A stretch of DNA of 64,000 nucleotides, taken from positions 1 to 64,000 of the forward strand of contig CAVVMW010000002.1 of the NCBI GenBank assembly GCA_963749495.1, written 5' to 3'. A program made the translations under genes and the position numbers. This stretch comes from an uncultured bacterium (GTDB lineage Bacteria > Verrucomicrobiota > Verrucomicrobiia > Limisphaerales > UBA8199). The notes under the pieces are model-generated. The model worked only from the letters and a program-made list of their open reading frames with translations. It ran no database searches and was not told where the DNA came from. Shown in pieces: positions 46,611 to 57,842 of the stretch. Position 1 is the stretch's first letter; each line of letters starts with the position of its first letter.

Positions 46611-49600
46611 ATGGCTGAAGCAACTGTCTCTTCCCCGGCCCCCAGGAAACGGCGCCGCTGGTTTCGGTGGCTGGCCTGGGCCCTGGGCGGGCTGGTCGTC
46701 CTGGTCGTGGTGGTCTATTTCGTTGTCACCAGTTCCGCCTTCTTCAAAGGCGTGATCCTGCCCCGCGCCAGCAAGGCGCTCAACGCGGACATCACTGTGA
46801 GCGGGGCCTCGATCAGCCCGTTCCGCCAGGTGGTCCTGAACAATCTCAAGGTGCAGACAGCCGGGAGCGAGCCACTGCTGACCGCCCCGGAGGTTCGCTT
46901 GCGTTACAGCCTGATGGACATCCTCCGCGGCAATATCCACATCGATGAAGCCACTCTTTCCGCCCCAACGATCATCGTCGTCGAGAACCCTGATGGCAGC
47001 AGGAACTTCGATCCCATCGTCAAGTCCCAGACCCGCGCGGCGCCGCAGCAGGGCAAACCCGCGCCGTCCAAGCCCGGCAAGCCGCTCCAGATTGATCTGA
47101 GTCACGTCACGGTGTCCGGGGCGACCCTCCGCTACGTCAAGCTCTACCGGAACGGCAACCGCAACGTGGACGAGTTGTCGAATGTGAACCTGGCGGTGGC
47201 CGGGCTCAAGAACAGCCAGACCGCCAAACTCACGCTGGCCGCCGCCATCAACATCCAGAACAATCCCCCGCCGCCCGGCACCAACGCCCTGCTCCAGGCC
47301 AAACTGGAGGGCAACCTCGACCTGGCCCTGACCGCCGACCTCAAGCCCGGTTCGGCCAAGGGCGCCTTCCGCCTGGATGTCGCCCGCGCCCGAGGCGCGC
47401 TGGCCCAGGCAGCCGCCCTGGGCGGCAACCTGGAATGCGACATCACCCCCACCGACATCAAGCAGTTGGCCTTGCGCTTTACCCAGGGCGGCGCGCCGCT
47501 CGGCCAGGTGCGGGTTAGCGGCCCTTTCGACCTCCAGAAGACCGAAGGCCGCCTGGCAATCGAGCTCCTGGGCATCGATAAGCAACTGCTCAACCTGGCA
47601 GGCGCCGCCCTGGGCATGGACTTCGGCACCACCGCCCTCGACTCCAGCAATCAAATCCAACTGGCCAAATCCGGCGCCCTCATCACAGCAGGCGGCCGCC
47701 TCAATCTCCTGAAGTTCCAAGTCACCCGCACCGGCCAAACGACGCCCACCCTCGATGCCCATGCCGATTACGATGTCACGCTTGACCGCTCGGCAGACAC
47801 GGGCGCTAACCTCCTGCTCCGGGGTCTGACGCTGCTGGCCACGCGGCAGGGCAATCCGTTGCTGCGGAGCGAGTTGACCAAGCCGATGAACCTGTCCCTG
47901 GGCAATAACCCGGCCAATTCCCAACTCCAGATGCCCGACTCCGCCCTGCGCCTCGTCCTGTCCGGGCTGGACCTGGCGGATTGGCAACCGTTCCTGGGCG
48001 GCGTCGCGCCGGCCGGCCTGGTCAACGGCCAGGTGACGCTGGTCTCTGAGAAAGGTGGCAAGCAGCTCTCTTACACCCTCAATTCGACCATCCAGAACCT
48101 CACGGTCGTCCTGGGCACCAACCGCATCGAACAAGCCGGCGTTGCGCTCCTGCTCCGCGGCTCTGCCACCAACGGCAGCCAATTGGGCCTGGACCAGTGC
48201 AAGCTGGATGTCTCGAGGCAAAGCCAGCCGCTCCTCGCGGCCACCGCCTCCGGCACCTGCGGCCTCACCGACAAAACCGCCGACCTCCGCGTTAATTCGC
48301 AAGCGGCCCTGGCCCCCCTGCTCCAACTCATGCCCCAGCCCAACCTGAGCGTCTCCTCCGGCTCTCTCAAATTCACCGGCCACGTCATCCAAACGCCGCA
48401 GGCCCAGTCGCTCACCGGCAGCCTCGCATTGGCTGACTTCACCGGCCAATTCGCCAGCAACGTCTTTCGCAGTTTCTCCGCCAAAACCGTCCTCGACGTG
48501 GCCCTGAGCCCGCAGGTGGTCCAGATCAACCAGGTCGAGTTCGACCTCACGCCGACCAGCCGCGGCACAAATCAACTCGTGCTCACCGGCAGGGTGGACA
48601 TGACCGACACCAACGCCACCCAGGGCAATCTGAAACTGGCGGCCGACTCGTTGGACCTCACTGGGTACTACGACCTCTTTGGCGGCGAGAACAAGGCCGC
48701 CCCGGCCAACACACCCGCTGCCTCCAGCGCCCCGAAGCCCAGCCCCGCAACTGCCTCCCAGCCGGCCCCCGGCCCGGAGACGGCGACCCAGGGCAAGAAA
48801 CTGCCATTCCGCAACTTCACCGTTCAGGCCAATATCCGCCGGCTTTTCCTGCGTGAAATCGAGATCGCCGATTGGCAGGCAGTCACCAGGCTCGACGGCG
48901 GGCACGTCGTCGTGGACCCGTTGAAGCTGACCCTCAACGGCGCGCCGCTGGGCTCGAAAGTGGACGTGGACCTGGCCGTGCCGGGCATCAAGTACGACAT
49001 TGCCTTCAACGCACAGGCCGTTCCGCTGGCGCCGCTGGTTAATACGTTCCAGCCGGAACGCAAAGGCATTCTCAGCGGCACCTTCAGCGCCAAGGCCGTC
49101 CTGGATGGCACCGGCACCGCTGGCCCGTCCCTGCGCACCAACCTCACGGGGCAATTCGATCTGACCTCGACCAATCTCAATCTCTCGGTCGATAACATCC
49201 CAGCCAACACCGTCGGTGGACGGCTCCTCAAACTCATCGTCACGACCATTGCCGTCATCCCGGACCTGGCCAAGAATCCCGCCAGCACCGGCGTGTCGCT
49301 GGTTCAGGGCTCGCCGGCCTGGGGCGCGCCAGCAGCAGCGCCAGTCCCGGCTCGAGTGCAACCAGCGGCGGGTTGACGGCGGATCTGAAGAAATCTCCCA
49401 TCAACGCCATCGTCCTGCACGGCACGATCGGCCCCGGCCCTGACGGCTCCGGCCAGGTCAAATTGCAGGAGGCTACCATTCAAAGCCCTGCTTTCGAAGC
49501 GGTGGCCAGCGGCACAGTCCAACTCGATAACGTCCTCACCAACTCGACCCTGCAGATCCCGGTGTCTGTCTTGCTCGAACGCAGTGTAGCCCAAAGGATC

Positions 49601-49900
49601 AACATGGCCGGCGACACCGCCACCAATGCGGCCTACGTCAAGCTGCCCGACTTCTTCGCCATCAAAGGCACCCTGGGCGATCCCAAACGCAACGTCAACT
49701 ATCTGGCCCTGGCCGGAGCCGCAGCCAAGGGCCTGGGCGGCAAAGCCGGCCAGGCGGGCAGCCTCATCCAGGGCCTGGGCGGCCTGCTGGGAGGCAACAC
49801 GAATAACCCGGCCCCGGGCTCCGCCAACAACCAGCCCGCCACCAACCCCTCCCCCGTCGGCGACCTGCTCAATAACCTGCTTGGGCACAGGAAAAAGTAG
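46611..49900 (+). CDS. AsmA-like protein, frameshift near 49310
   Basis: N-terminal TM, long beta-rich body, C-terminal IKGTLGDPK in a second frame. Confidence 0.8.
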
Positions 49901-49936
49901 ATGCCGCTGACGCATGACTGTGATAGCCTTCCGTGC

Positions 49937-50731
49937 ATGACGACGAAGAATCCGTTTCCGGGCATGAATCCCTTCTTCGAGCAAGAGTGGCGGGGCGTGC
50001 ATTCGTCCTTGATCACGTATCTGGCTGACGCTTTGCAGGAGCTTCTGCCCCCAGACCTGGTCGCTCGACCCGAGGAGGAGGTCGTCACCCTCGCCGCCGG
50101 CGAGCGGGCGGCAACTTACCGCCCTGATGTGAAGGTCCGCGAACCCTGGACCCTGAAGGAGCCTGCGGGCAGCGGGGTGGCCACCCAACCTCCGCCGAAG
50201 CCCGCCGCCGAACCGATTCCGGTTCTCATGGACGAGGAGGTCGAACGGTGGATTGAGATTCACGATAAAGCGGGCCGGCTGATTACGGTCCTCGAATTGC
50301 TCAGCCCGAGCAACAAGCTCGAATCGGCGGACCGAGACCGTTATCTGCGGAGGCGTCGCGCCTTTATCAGTGGCGGGGCGAACTTCGTGGAAATTGACCT
50401 GGTGCGGCTAGGCGGCTGGGTCTTTCCCGAGGGCATTCGGAGTGTCCTCAATCAAGCGGGCGCCTGCTACGGCGTCTGTGTCTTCCGGGCGGCGCGCCCC
50501 GCCGAGCACGAAGTCTATCCTATCGGCCTGCGCGAGCGTTTGCCGGCCATCCGTGTCCCGTTGCGCCCTGGCGATGCTGACGCCGTCTTGGACCTGCAAC
50601 CGTTGATTGACCAATGCTATGAGCGGCGCCGGTATCATTTTCTGAACTACCGGCTGGCTCTGAATCCGCCGCTCTCACCGGAAGACGCCTCCTGGGCCGG
50701 CCAGCTTCTTCGCCAACACGATTTGCTCTGA
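49937..50731 (+). CDS. DUF4058 family protein
   Basis: PFPGMNP, ELLSPSNK, VEIDL, VLDLQPL. Confidence 0.85.
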   Translation: MTTKNPFPGMNPFFEQEWRGVHSSLITYLADALQELLPPDLVARPEEEVVTLAAGERAATYRPDVKVREPWTLKEPAGSGVATQPPPKPAAEPIPVLMDEEVERWIEIHDKAGRLITVLELLSPSNKLESADRDRYLRRRRAFISGGANFVEIDLVRLGGWVFPEGIRSVLNQAGACYGVCVFRAARPAEHEVYPIGLRERLPAIRVPLRPGDADAVLDLQPLIDQCYERRRYHFLNYRLALNPPLSPEDASWAGQLLRQHDLL

Positions 50732-50773
50732 ATTTCAGTTGCGCTCCCGCCACGGTGAGCTACATAACTCACT

Positions 50774-52162
50774 GTGCAATCGGTCATTGATTACCTGAAA
50801 CAAAACGAGGCGCGGTCCATAAACGAGCTGTGCGATTACGTGCGGTTCCCCAGCGTGTCCGCCCAGGCGCAGCATCGCCAGGATTTGCGGGCCTGTGCGG
50901 AGTGGGTGGCCCACCATTGCCGGCAGATCGGCCTGGATGCCCGTGTGTGCCCCACGCAGGGCCACCCCATTGTCGTGGCCAAGACCCCGCCGCCGCGCGC
51001 CAACTCCAGGGCCGCGCGCCGCCCCCGCTACGTGGTCTATGGCCATTACGACGTGCAGCCGCCCGAGCCGTTCGAACTCTGGAAATCGCCGCCGTTCGAG
51101 CCGCGCATCCACGGCCGCTCGCTCTTTGGCCGCGGGGCCTGCGATAACAAGGGCCAGAACCTGGCGCACCTCAAGGCGGTCGAGGCCTACCTCAAGACCG
51201 GCACCGATCTGCCCTGCGACATCACCTTCCTCATCGAAGGCGAGGAGGAGGTCGGCAGCACCAGCCTGGCGGCCTTCCTGGGGGAACACCGGGCTGAACT
51301 GGCCTGCGAGGCGGTCGTCATCTCGGACACCGGTATGCCTTCGCCCAGACACCCGGCGCTCACTTATGCCCTGCGCGGCATCGCCGCCTTCGAGATTGTC
51401 CTTCACGGCCCCGCCCGCGACCTGCATTCCGGCATCTTCGGCGGCACTGTCGATAACCCGGCCCTGGCCCTCTGCCAATTGCTGGCCCGGCTCCGCGACA
51501 AGAACGGACGGATTGCCATCCCGGGTTTCTACGATGAGGTCCAGCCGCTCTCGGCCTCCGAACGCAAGCAGATGGCGCGCCTGCCCTTCAAGCAAAGCGA
51601 CTACCGTAACCTCCTGGGTGTGCCCCGGCTCTTTGGCGAGCGCGGCTACACGCCCATCGAGCAACGCTCCGCCCGCCCAACTTTCGAGATCAACGGCTTG
51701 ACCAGCGGCTACCAGGGCGAGGGAAGCAAGACCATCATCCCCGCCTGGGCCCGCGCCAAGATCACCGCCCGCCTGGTCCCCAACCAGGACCCGGACCGCA
51801 TTGGCAAGCTCATCCACCGGCACCTCAAGAAACTCTGCCCCCCCACCGTGAAACTCGAAATTCAGTTCACCCGTGGCTCCGAGCCCTACCTGGTCTCACC
51901 CAACGGCCCGCAGGCCCAGGCCGCCTTGCGCGCCCTCAAGACCGCCTTTGGTTTCGAGCCGGTCCTCCTCCGCGAGGGCGGCTCCATCCCAATCGTCATC
52001 GATTTCAAACACTGCCTCCACGCCGACTCCCTCATGCTGGGCCTGGCCCTGCCCGACGACAACGCTCATTCCCCAAACGAAAAGTTCGACCTCGACTGCT
52101 TCGCCAAAGGCCAAGTCATGAGCGCCGTCTTGTGGCAGGAACTGGGGGCACTGAAGAAGTAA
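50774..52162 (+). CDS. M20 family dipeptidase
   Basis: YGHYDVQP, GRGACDNKG, EGEEEVGS, DLHSG, HSPNE. Confidence 0.94.
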   Translation: MQSVIDYLKQNEARSINELCDYVRFPSVSAQAQHRQDLRACAEWVAHHCRQIGLDARVCPTQGHPIVVAKTPPPRANSRAARRPRYVVYGHYDVQPPEPFELWKSPPFEPRIHGRSLFGRGACDNKGQNLAHLKAVEAYLKTGTDLPCDITFLIEGEEEVGSTSLAAFLGEHRAELACEAVVISDTGMPSPRHPALTYALRGIAAFEIVLHGPARDLHSGIFGGTVDNPALALCQLLARLRDKNGRIAIPGFYDEVQPLSASERKQMARLPFKQSDYRNLLGVPRLFGERGYTPIEQRSARPTFEINGLTSGYQGEGSKTIIPAWARAKITARLVPNQDPDRIGKLIHRHLKKLCPPTVKLEIQFTRGSEPYLVSPNGPQAQAALRALKTAFGFEPVLLREGGSIPIVIDFKHCLHADSLMLGLALPDDNAHSPNEKFDLDCFAKGQVMSAVLWQELGALKK

Positions 52163-52239
52163 CTTTGTCGCAGCCTTTGCCGCAACCTTTGTCGGTTGGC
52201 TATTCGTCGACGAAGTTGGCGACAAAGGCCGCGACAAAG
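52163..52239. repeat. 12-mer-unit palindromic element, copy 2
   Basis: ctttgtcg...cgacaaag arms as at 7052-7128. Confidence 0.85.
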
Positions 52240-52301
52240 GCACGGAACCGGAGCGGCTTCGCTTCTGGCCGGGACTCAGTCCCTTCAGTCCATTATGTCC
52301 C

Positions 52302-52910
52302 TTACGTCCCCTCCCGGGGCGCCCCCACCCCCCACCTCTCCAACTCCAGCCCCAGCCGCTCGACCGGCAGCCCCACGACATTCGAGTAAGAGCCCAGGAT
52401 CTTCTCGATAATCAGGCCGCCCTCCTCCTGGATGGCGTAGCCGCCCGCCTTGTCCAGCGGATTGACCCGCGTGAGATAGCGCCGGATTTTCACCGCGTTG
52501 AGCGGGTGGAAGGTCACGGCCGTGGTTTCCGCGAACACCCGCTGGCGCCGCTCCCGCAGGTGCAGCAGGCAGATCGCGGTCACCACCCAGTGGGTGCGCC
52601 CTTGAAGCTGCTCGAACATGCGATACGCCGCCTCCAGGTCCGCAGGTTTGCCCAACAGGACCGTGTCCAGGTACACGAGCGTGTCCGCCCCCAGCACCAG
52701 GGCATCCGGGTGTTTCTTGGCCACCCAGCGCGCCTTGCGATAGGCATTGATCTGCGAGACCTCCGGCGCCGTGAGTTGCTCGGCGTGAATCTCCGCAGCC
52801 TGGCTGGGCACCACCTCGAACTCGAGCCCCAGCTCCCGCATCAACTCCGCGCGCCGTGGCGAACCCGAAGCCAGGATGATCGGCGGCAAATCCCTCATTG
52901 CGAACGGCAT
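52302..52910 (-). CDS. maf: Maf family nucleoside triphosphate pyrophosphatase
   Basis: ILASGSPRR, GADT, DKAGGYAIQ, NVVGLP. Confidence 0.95.
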   Translation of the reverse strand: MPFAMRDLPPIILASGSPRRAELMRELGLEFEVVPSQAAEIHAEQLTAPEVSQINAYRKARWVAKKHPDALVLGADTLVYLDTVLLGKPADLEAAYRMFEQLQGRTHWVVTAICLLHLRERRQRVFAETTAVTFHPLNAVKIRRYLTRVNPLDKAGGYAIQEEGGLIIEKILGSYSNVVGLPVERLGLELERWGVGAPREGT

Positions 52911-52959
52911 GAGGGGAACTTACACACACCTGCCGGCCCCGTCGAGGGCCTTGCGGGGG

Positions 52960-53460
52960 GTCGAGTAGGGACGCGGGTTGCCCCGCGTCCCCCTCGCAGA
53001 TCCCGGCGGGCGGTTTTCCCGCACCGGGCTCTTCACGACGCCTCGCTCGCGCACGCGCACGGTCGGTAGGCGTCCCCAAACAGCTTGATCTGACTGAGCC
53101 GCTCGAGGTCCCAATCCGCCGGGCCACGCAGACGCAGAGAGCCCCCTGCCCGTTCCACCACTCGCGGCGGTGGCACCTTGAAGCGCTGGAGCAGCCGATC
53201 GAAGGTGCGCCAAGTGAAACTGCGCCGCTGACTACGCCGATTCAGCCACTTGAACAGGATGCGGCTGGTTTCGCGGTGGTAGCGGTTCAGGCTCTCAGAG
53301 TTGCCTATGACTCCATAGTAATTCCAGTAGCCTTGATATTTCGCTCTCAGCGTTTCCATCAACTCGCTCAGCGGGTTATGCCTCTCGGCCTTAATCCACT
53401 CGGTGAACCGTTGCACCGCCCCGCGTAATTTCTTGCGACTGGTGCGACGCTTAACTGCCG
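52960..53460 (-). mobile_element. 5'-truncated group II intron (maturase tail plus domains V-VI)
   Basis: GYWNYYGVIGN...KWLNRRSQRRSFTW; gagcccggtgcgggaaaaccgcccgccgggatctgcgagggggacgcggggcaacccgcgtccctactcgac at 53036-52960. Confidence 0.92.
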
Positions 53461-53469
53461 TTTCCAGGC

Positions 53470-54125
53470 TCAAAAGCCCTGCCCGACCCAAGCGGTGTCG
53501 GCCACGATCGCGATCTTGGCGCCGTCCGGCGAGAACGCGCCCGCTTTGACCCCCCCGACATCGGTCTTCCAAAGCATGGCCTGCGTCCGCAGGTCCCAAA
53601 GGCGCGGAAGGGCCTGGCGATGGACTGGCATGGCCTGCCAGGTGAGCAAACGGCCGCCGTCCGGGCTGAAGGCCGCGGCTGAAAACGGAATGGGAAAGGA
53701 CTGCGCTTGGAGGCCAATCGGTTTGGGCGGGGATTCATCCGACCTCAATGCAACCGTTTGGGTCTCCTCGAATGGGAATTTCGGCCCTCGCCTCTGACCG
53801 GTCCGCGCCTCCCAGAACTCGCAGGCCGCCGGGCCCAACAGAGGACCCGGGGTGAGGAAACCGCTGCCGTCCGGGCTGAAGGCCGCGTCGGCTATGCCGT
53901 GGTCGGCATCGTCCAGCCTCAGACGCACCTCGCCTGTGAGCGCGTCGCGCACGAAGACCTTGCGCGACCTCAAAGTCCTGTCGGAGAAATCCGCGCGCAC
54001 CTCCAGGATGCGTTGACCATCCGGCGCCCAAGCAGCGGCTTGGAGCATTGTACCCGCCTCGGTGGTGAGATTTGTCGTTAGTGTCCGCGCCACCGCGCCA
54101 GTCCGGAACGTCCCAGATCACTGAT
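53470..54125 (-). pseudogene. WD40-repeat gene fragment
   Basis: Repeated AAFSPDG units, no credible start. Confidence 0.6.
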
Positions 54126-55334
54126 GCATGGGGCTCGGCCCGCGGTCGCGACCGCCGCCCTAACGGCTTCCTCTGCCGTCGTCATCGTCTTTTCCAATTC
54201 ATCCAGCGCCCATATTTCAACCACATCCGGAGTGGATTCCCGGGCCAAAGCAATGCGGCTTCCATCCGGCGACAAGCGGCCATAACTTTCGCCGAGGGTC
54301 TTGAAGGCGGCCCAACTCGTGGCGTCCCAAAGCTCGACTCCAAGCAACGCATTGCTCAGAGCGCGCCTCCCATCGGGAGTGAACTCCACACTGTGTACCT
54401 CTCCCGCCCCTTGACCCGAGGTGCCCTTCTTCCTAATCACAATCTTCCCGTTATCCGAGCGCACCTCGTAGATTAACAGCACACCGCCCCAGCTTGAGCC
54501 GGCAACCAGGCAACGGCCGTCCGGCGAAAAGCAGGCCGCGAACATGGTGGTCCGCACCTCATCCTGGAAGACATTCGTTGCGGTCGCCAGGTCGAATACC
54601 CTCACGGTGCAGTCATGACCTGCCGTGGCCAGGAGCCTGCCATCCGGCGAAATCCGTGCCGTTCGTGCGAAGCCAATCTCGACCGGGAAGAACATCTTTG
54701 ATTTTCCAGTCGCCGCCTCAACCACATCTATCCCGTTAGGCCCCACCTCAAAGGCGCCGGCGCCGGGTTGCAGCATCAAGGGCAGCGCGATCCACTGGTT
54801 ATCGGGAGACCATCCCGCTGAGACCGGTTCGGACGCAACGCCCTTGCGCCATTTGTGCTTCTGCTTGCCCGTTGCCACCTCCCAAAGCGTGTATCCAGGC
54901 GCATCACTGCCCAACAGCCATTTGCCGTCCGGCGAAAACGCGAGCGCGCCGACCGGGTTCACCATGTCTGCGTTTTCGGTTTTTGCACTCTGGCGGAGCG
55001 TGGTCATCAGCCTTCCCATTTTAAGGTCCCAAAGTTCGATGGTGCCCTCAGGAAGCGAAGGAGCGCCCGGAAAATTGCCTGGCGCGAGCGAAGGGGCGCT
55101 GCCGCCGACCGCCAGGGTATTTCCATCCGGCGAGAACGCCAGGCTGTGGACCTTCGCATACGGGGGTCGGCCCGGGCGCCTGAGCACCTGCATGGGGATG
55201 GCTGAGTGAGAGTTGGTCACCATCAGGCAGGCCACGATGGGGCAAAGCCAGGCTAATGGGCGGAGGAGGGAGCGTTGCCCACCCCACTTCCGCTCGGGGG
55301 GGCCTGGATTCCCGGAAGGCCTTTCGGTTTTCAT
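54078..55334 (-). CDS. WD40-repeat protein
   Basis: LAFSPDG, IELWD, TVRVFD repeats. Confidence 0.8.
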   Translation of the reverse strand: MKTERPSGNPGPPERKWGGQRSLLRPLAWLCPIVACLMVTNSHSAIPMQVLRRPGRPPYAKVHSLAFSPDGNTLAVGGSAPSLAPGNFPGAPSLPEGTIELWDLKMGRLMTTLRQSAKTENADMVNPVGALAFSPDGKWLLGSDAPGYTLWEVATGKQKHKWRKGVASEPVSAGWSPDNQWIALPLMLQPGAGAFEVGPNGIDVVEAATGKSKMFFPVEIGFARTARISPDGRLLATAGHDCTVRVFDLATATNVFQDEVRTTMFAACFSPDGRCLVAGSSWGGVLLIYEVRSDNGKIVIRKKGTSGQGAGEVHSVEFTPDGRRALSNALLGVELWDATSWAAFKTLGESYGRLSPDGSRIALARESTPDVVEIWALDELEKTMTTAEEAVRAAVATAGRAPCISDLGRSGLARWRGH

Positions 55335-55616
55335 GCCGAGATCATCGCCGAGAGACGCTTATGCCGCAAATTGAGAATTCTGATGCGTGCATTGCTTCGT
55401 TTCCTTCTGTTCTGTTTCTGTGCCCAGTCGGCGGGATGCAGGAAAAGAACAGAAGGAAACGAAGGAAACGAAGGGTCGAAGACCCAGATCAGATCCGAGA
55501 ACTGTGATCCGGGGACCAGGAAGAATTCTGTCTAACACCCCAGGGCGCGCCTCGGCCGCCTTCAGCATTGACTGGACGGGGCGGTTCTGGCAGTGTCCTG
55601 GGCCATGACACAGGCA

Positions 55617-57650
55617 ATGAAAAGGACGATCCAAAGTTGTTTGGCCGCGGTGTTGTGGGCGGGGGCGCTCCTGCCCTCATCGGGCCTGGCGCAGACCGCC
55701 GGGAGCGATAGCTACCAGGCCATCGTGACGCGGGAGTTCGGGACCGCCGCTGAAGCCATGACGGCGGTCGAGAAGGAGATCAGCAACGCCAGGCCGGGCC
55801 AGTACGCCCCGATTGAGGCGAAGTTGATCGCGGTGCTGGAGGCCCCGGGCGCCACCATGCCTGGCAAACAGTTCGCCTGCCAGATGCTCCGCATCGTGGG
55901 CTCGGCCCGATGTGTCCCGGCCGTGGGCAAGCTCCTGGCCGACCCGCGGTTGTCGCATGTGGCGCGGCAGGTCCTGCTGGGCATGGCGGATGCGGCCGTG
56001 GAGCAGACGCTGCGAGATGCCCTGGGCCAGACCCAGGGCAGCCTGCGGATCGGCCTCGTCAACACCATCGGGGATCGCCGGGATCGCTCCTCGTTGAAGG
56101 CCCTGGCCGCCCTCCTGAACGGCAACGATGAAGCCGCCGCGCTCGCCGCCTTGAATGCCATCGCCAAGATAGGCGGGACGGAAGCCGCCGACGTGCTCGA
56201 AGGGGCGGCAGTAACGGGGCCGCTCAAGCCCGCCCAGGCACAGGCGCTCCTGTGCTGTGCTTCCAGCGTGGCGGCCGTCGGCCAACCCGAGCGAGCGGAA
56301 AAGATGTGCCGAGCGCTGCTTGAGGGCGACGCCCCGGCGCCCGTCCGCGCAGGCGCTTTTGGCGCGCTGGCGCAACTGCAGAAGGAGCAGGCCGTGCCGC
56401 TCATCATCAAGACGCTCTCCTCGGGCGAGCCGATGCTGAGGCAGGTGGCGGCGGGGGCGGTGATTTCCGTTCCGGGCAATGCCGCGACTCGAGCGTTTGC
56501 GCAGGGGCTGCAGGGCTGTGCGCCGGAGACCAGGGTTGTGCTGCTGGGCGCGCTGGCCGCCCGCGGTGATGCGGAAGGCCTGAGGGAAATGGTCAACCAG
56601 CTTGCAGCGGAGGGCGATGAAGCCATTCGCGTGGCCGCCCTCAAGGCGCTGGGCCGGCTGGGCGATGCCTCGAGCGTGCCGGTTCTTGCAGCCGCCTTGA
56701 AACAAAAGGAAGCCGCCGCCGCCGCCGCCGGCCAGACGTTGATCGAATTGCAGGGCGCCGGAGTGGCGGAGGCCCTGGTCGGGCAGGCGCAGACCGGCGA
56801 TGCGGTCATCCGCCCGGCGCTGCTGGGTGTGCTGGCCGAACGCCGCCAAGTGGAGGCGCTGCCGGTCTTCCGTAAGGCGCTCAACAACGGCGATGCGGGC
56901 ATGCGCCGGGCGGCGTTGAAATCGCTGGCGGTCTTGGGAACGCAGGAGGACCTGGCAACCCTGGCGGAGATGGTGCTGACGAAATCGGAGGCAGGAGAGC
57001 GCGACCAGGTGGCCCAGGCCATGTCCGAGCTGGGGCGCCGGCTGCCCGACAAGTCGGCGGGCTGTGCCCCGGTTCTCCAGGCGCTTTCCAGGGCCGATGC
57101 TCCGGCCAAGGCCTGCCTTTTGACCGTCCTGGCCGCCTTGGGCGGCGACCAGGCGCTGCAGGCGGTCCGGGACGCCCTGGCCGGTGAGGGCGAGGTCCGC
57201 AAGACCGCGGTCCGGGCCCTGGCGGATTGGCCGGATGCCGCGCCGATGGCCGACCTGCTGAAGGTGGCGAAAGAGGACAAGGAGCCGTCGAGCCAGATCC
57301 TGGCTCTGCGCGGCTATATCCGGATGGCGGGCCAGGCCAGGACCCGGCCCGAACAGAAGCTGGAGGCCTACCGGGCCGCTCTGGAGCTGGCCACGCGCCC
57401 GGACGAGAAACGGCTGGCCCTGACCGGCCTTGCAACCGTGGCGCATCCCGATTCCCTCAAACTGGTCGAGCCGTACCTCGAGGCGGGCGGACTTCAGCGG
57501 GAGGCCTTTGTGGCTTACGAAAGGATCGCCCAATCCCTGGCCCGCCGGCAGCCCGCCGTGGCGAAGGAGGCCCTGCAGCGCGTGGCCGAAAAGGCAACCG
57601 ATCCGGGCCTGCGCACCAGGGCCCAAAGGGCACTGGAAGGCATCAAGTAG
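55617..57650 (+). CDS. HEAT-repeat secreted protein
   Basis: Signal peptide, ALKALGRLGDAS, AVRALADWPD. Confidence 0.85.
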   Translation: MKRTIQSCLAAVLWAGALLPSSGLAQTAGSDSYQAIVTREFGTAAEAMTAVEKEISNARPGQYAPIEAKLIAVLEAPGATMPGKQFACQMLRIVGSARCVPAVGKLLADPRLSHVARQVLLGMADAAVEQTLRDALGQTQGSLRIGLVNTIGDRRDRSSLKALAALLNGNDEAAALAALNAIAKIGGTEAADVLEGAAVTGPLKPAQAQALLCCASSVAAVGQPERAEKMCRALLEGDAPAPVRAGAFGALAQLQKEQAVPLIIKTLSSGEPMLRQVAAGAVISVPGNAATRAFAQGLQGCAPETRVVLLGALAARGDAEGLREMVNQLAAEGDEAIRVAALKALGRLGDASSVPVLAAALKQKEAAAAAAGQTLIELQGAGVAEALVGQAQTGDAVIRPALLGVLAERRQVEALPVFRKALNNGDAGMRRAALKSLAVLGTQEDLATLAEMVLTKSEAGERDQVAQAMSELGRRLPDKSAGCAPVLQALSRADAPAKACLLTVLAALGGDQALQAVRDALAGEGEVRKTAVRALADWPDAAPMADLLKVAKEDKEPSSQILALRGYIRMAGQARTRPEQKLEAYRAALELATRPDEKRLALTGLATVAHPDSLKLVEPYLEAGGLQREAFVAYERIAQSLARRQPAVAKEALQRVAEKATDPGLRTRAQRALEGIK

Positions 57651-57719
57651 GCGGCGACCTTGGGCTGCATGCAACAAACCGGAACAACCAACCGCGGCAC
57701 ACCCATCCGGGTTTTGGAC

Positions 57720-57797
57720 CTTTGTCGCAGCCTTTGTCGCGGCCTTTGTCGAATGCGCCATTTGTCGACAAAGGTTGCGACAAAGGCTGCGACAAAG
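57720..57797. repeat. 12-mer-unit palindromic element, copy 3
   Basis: ctttgtcg x3 ... cgacaaa(g) x3. Confidence 0.85.
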
Positions 57798-57842
57798 ATG
57801 GTGCCAATGTTACGTGGTTCGATTTAGAATTTAGAGAATACC

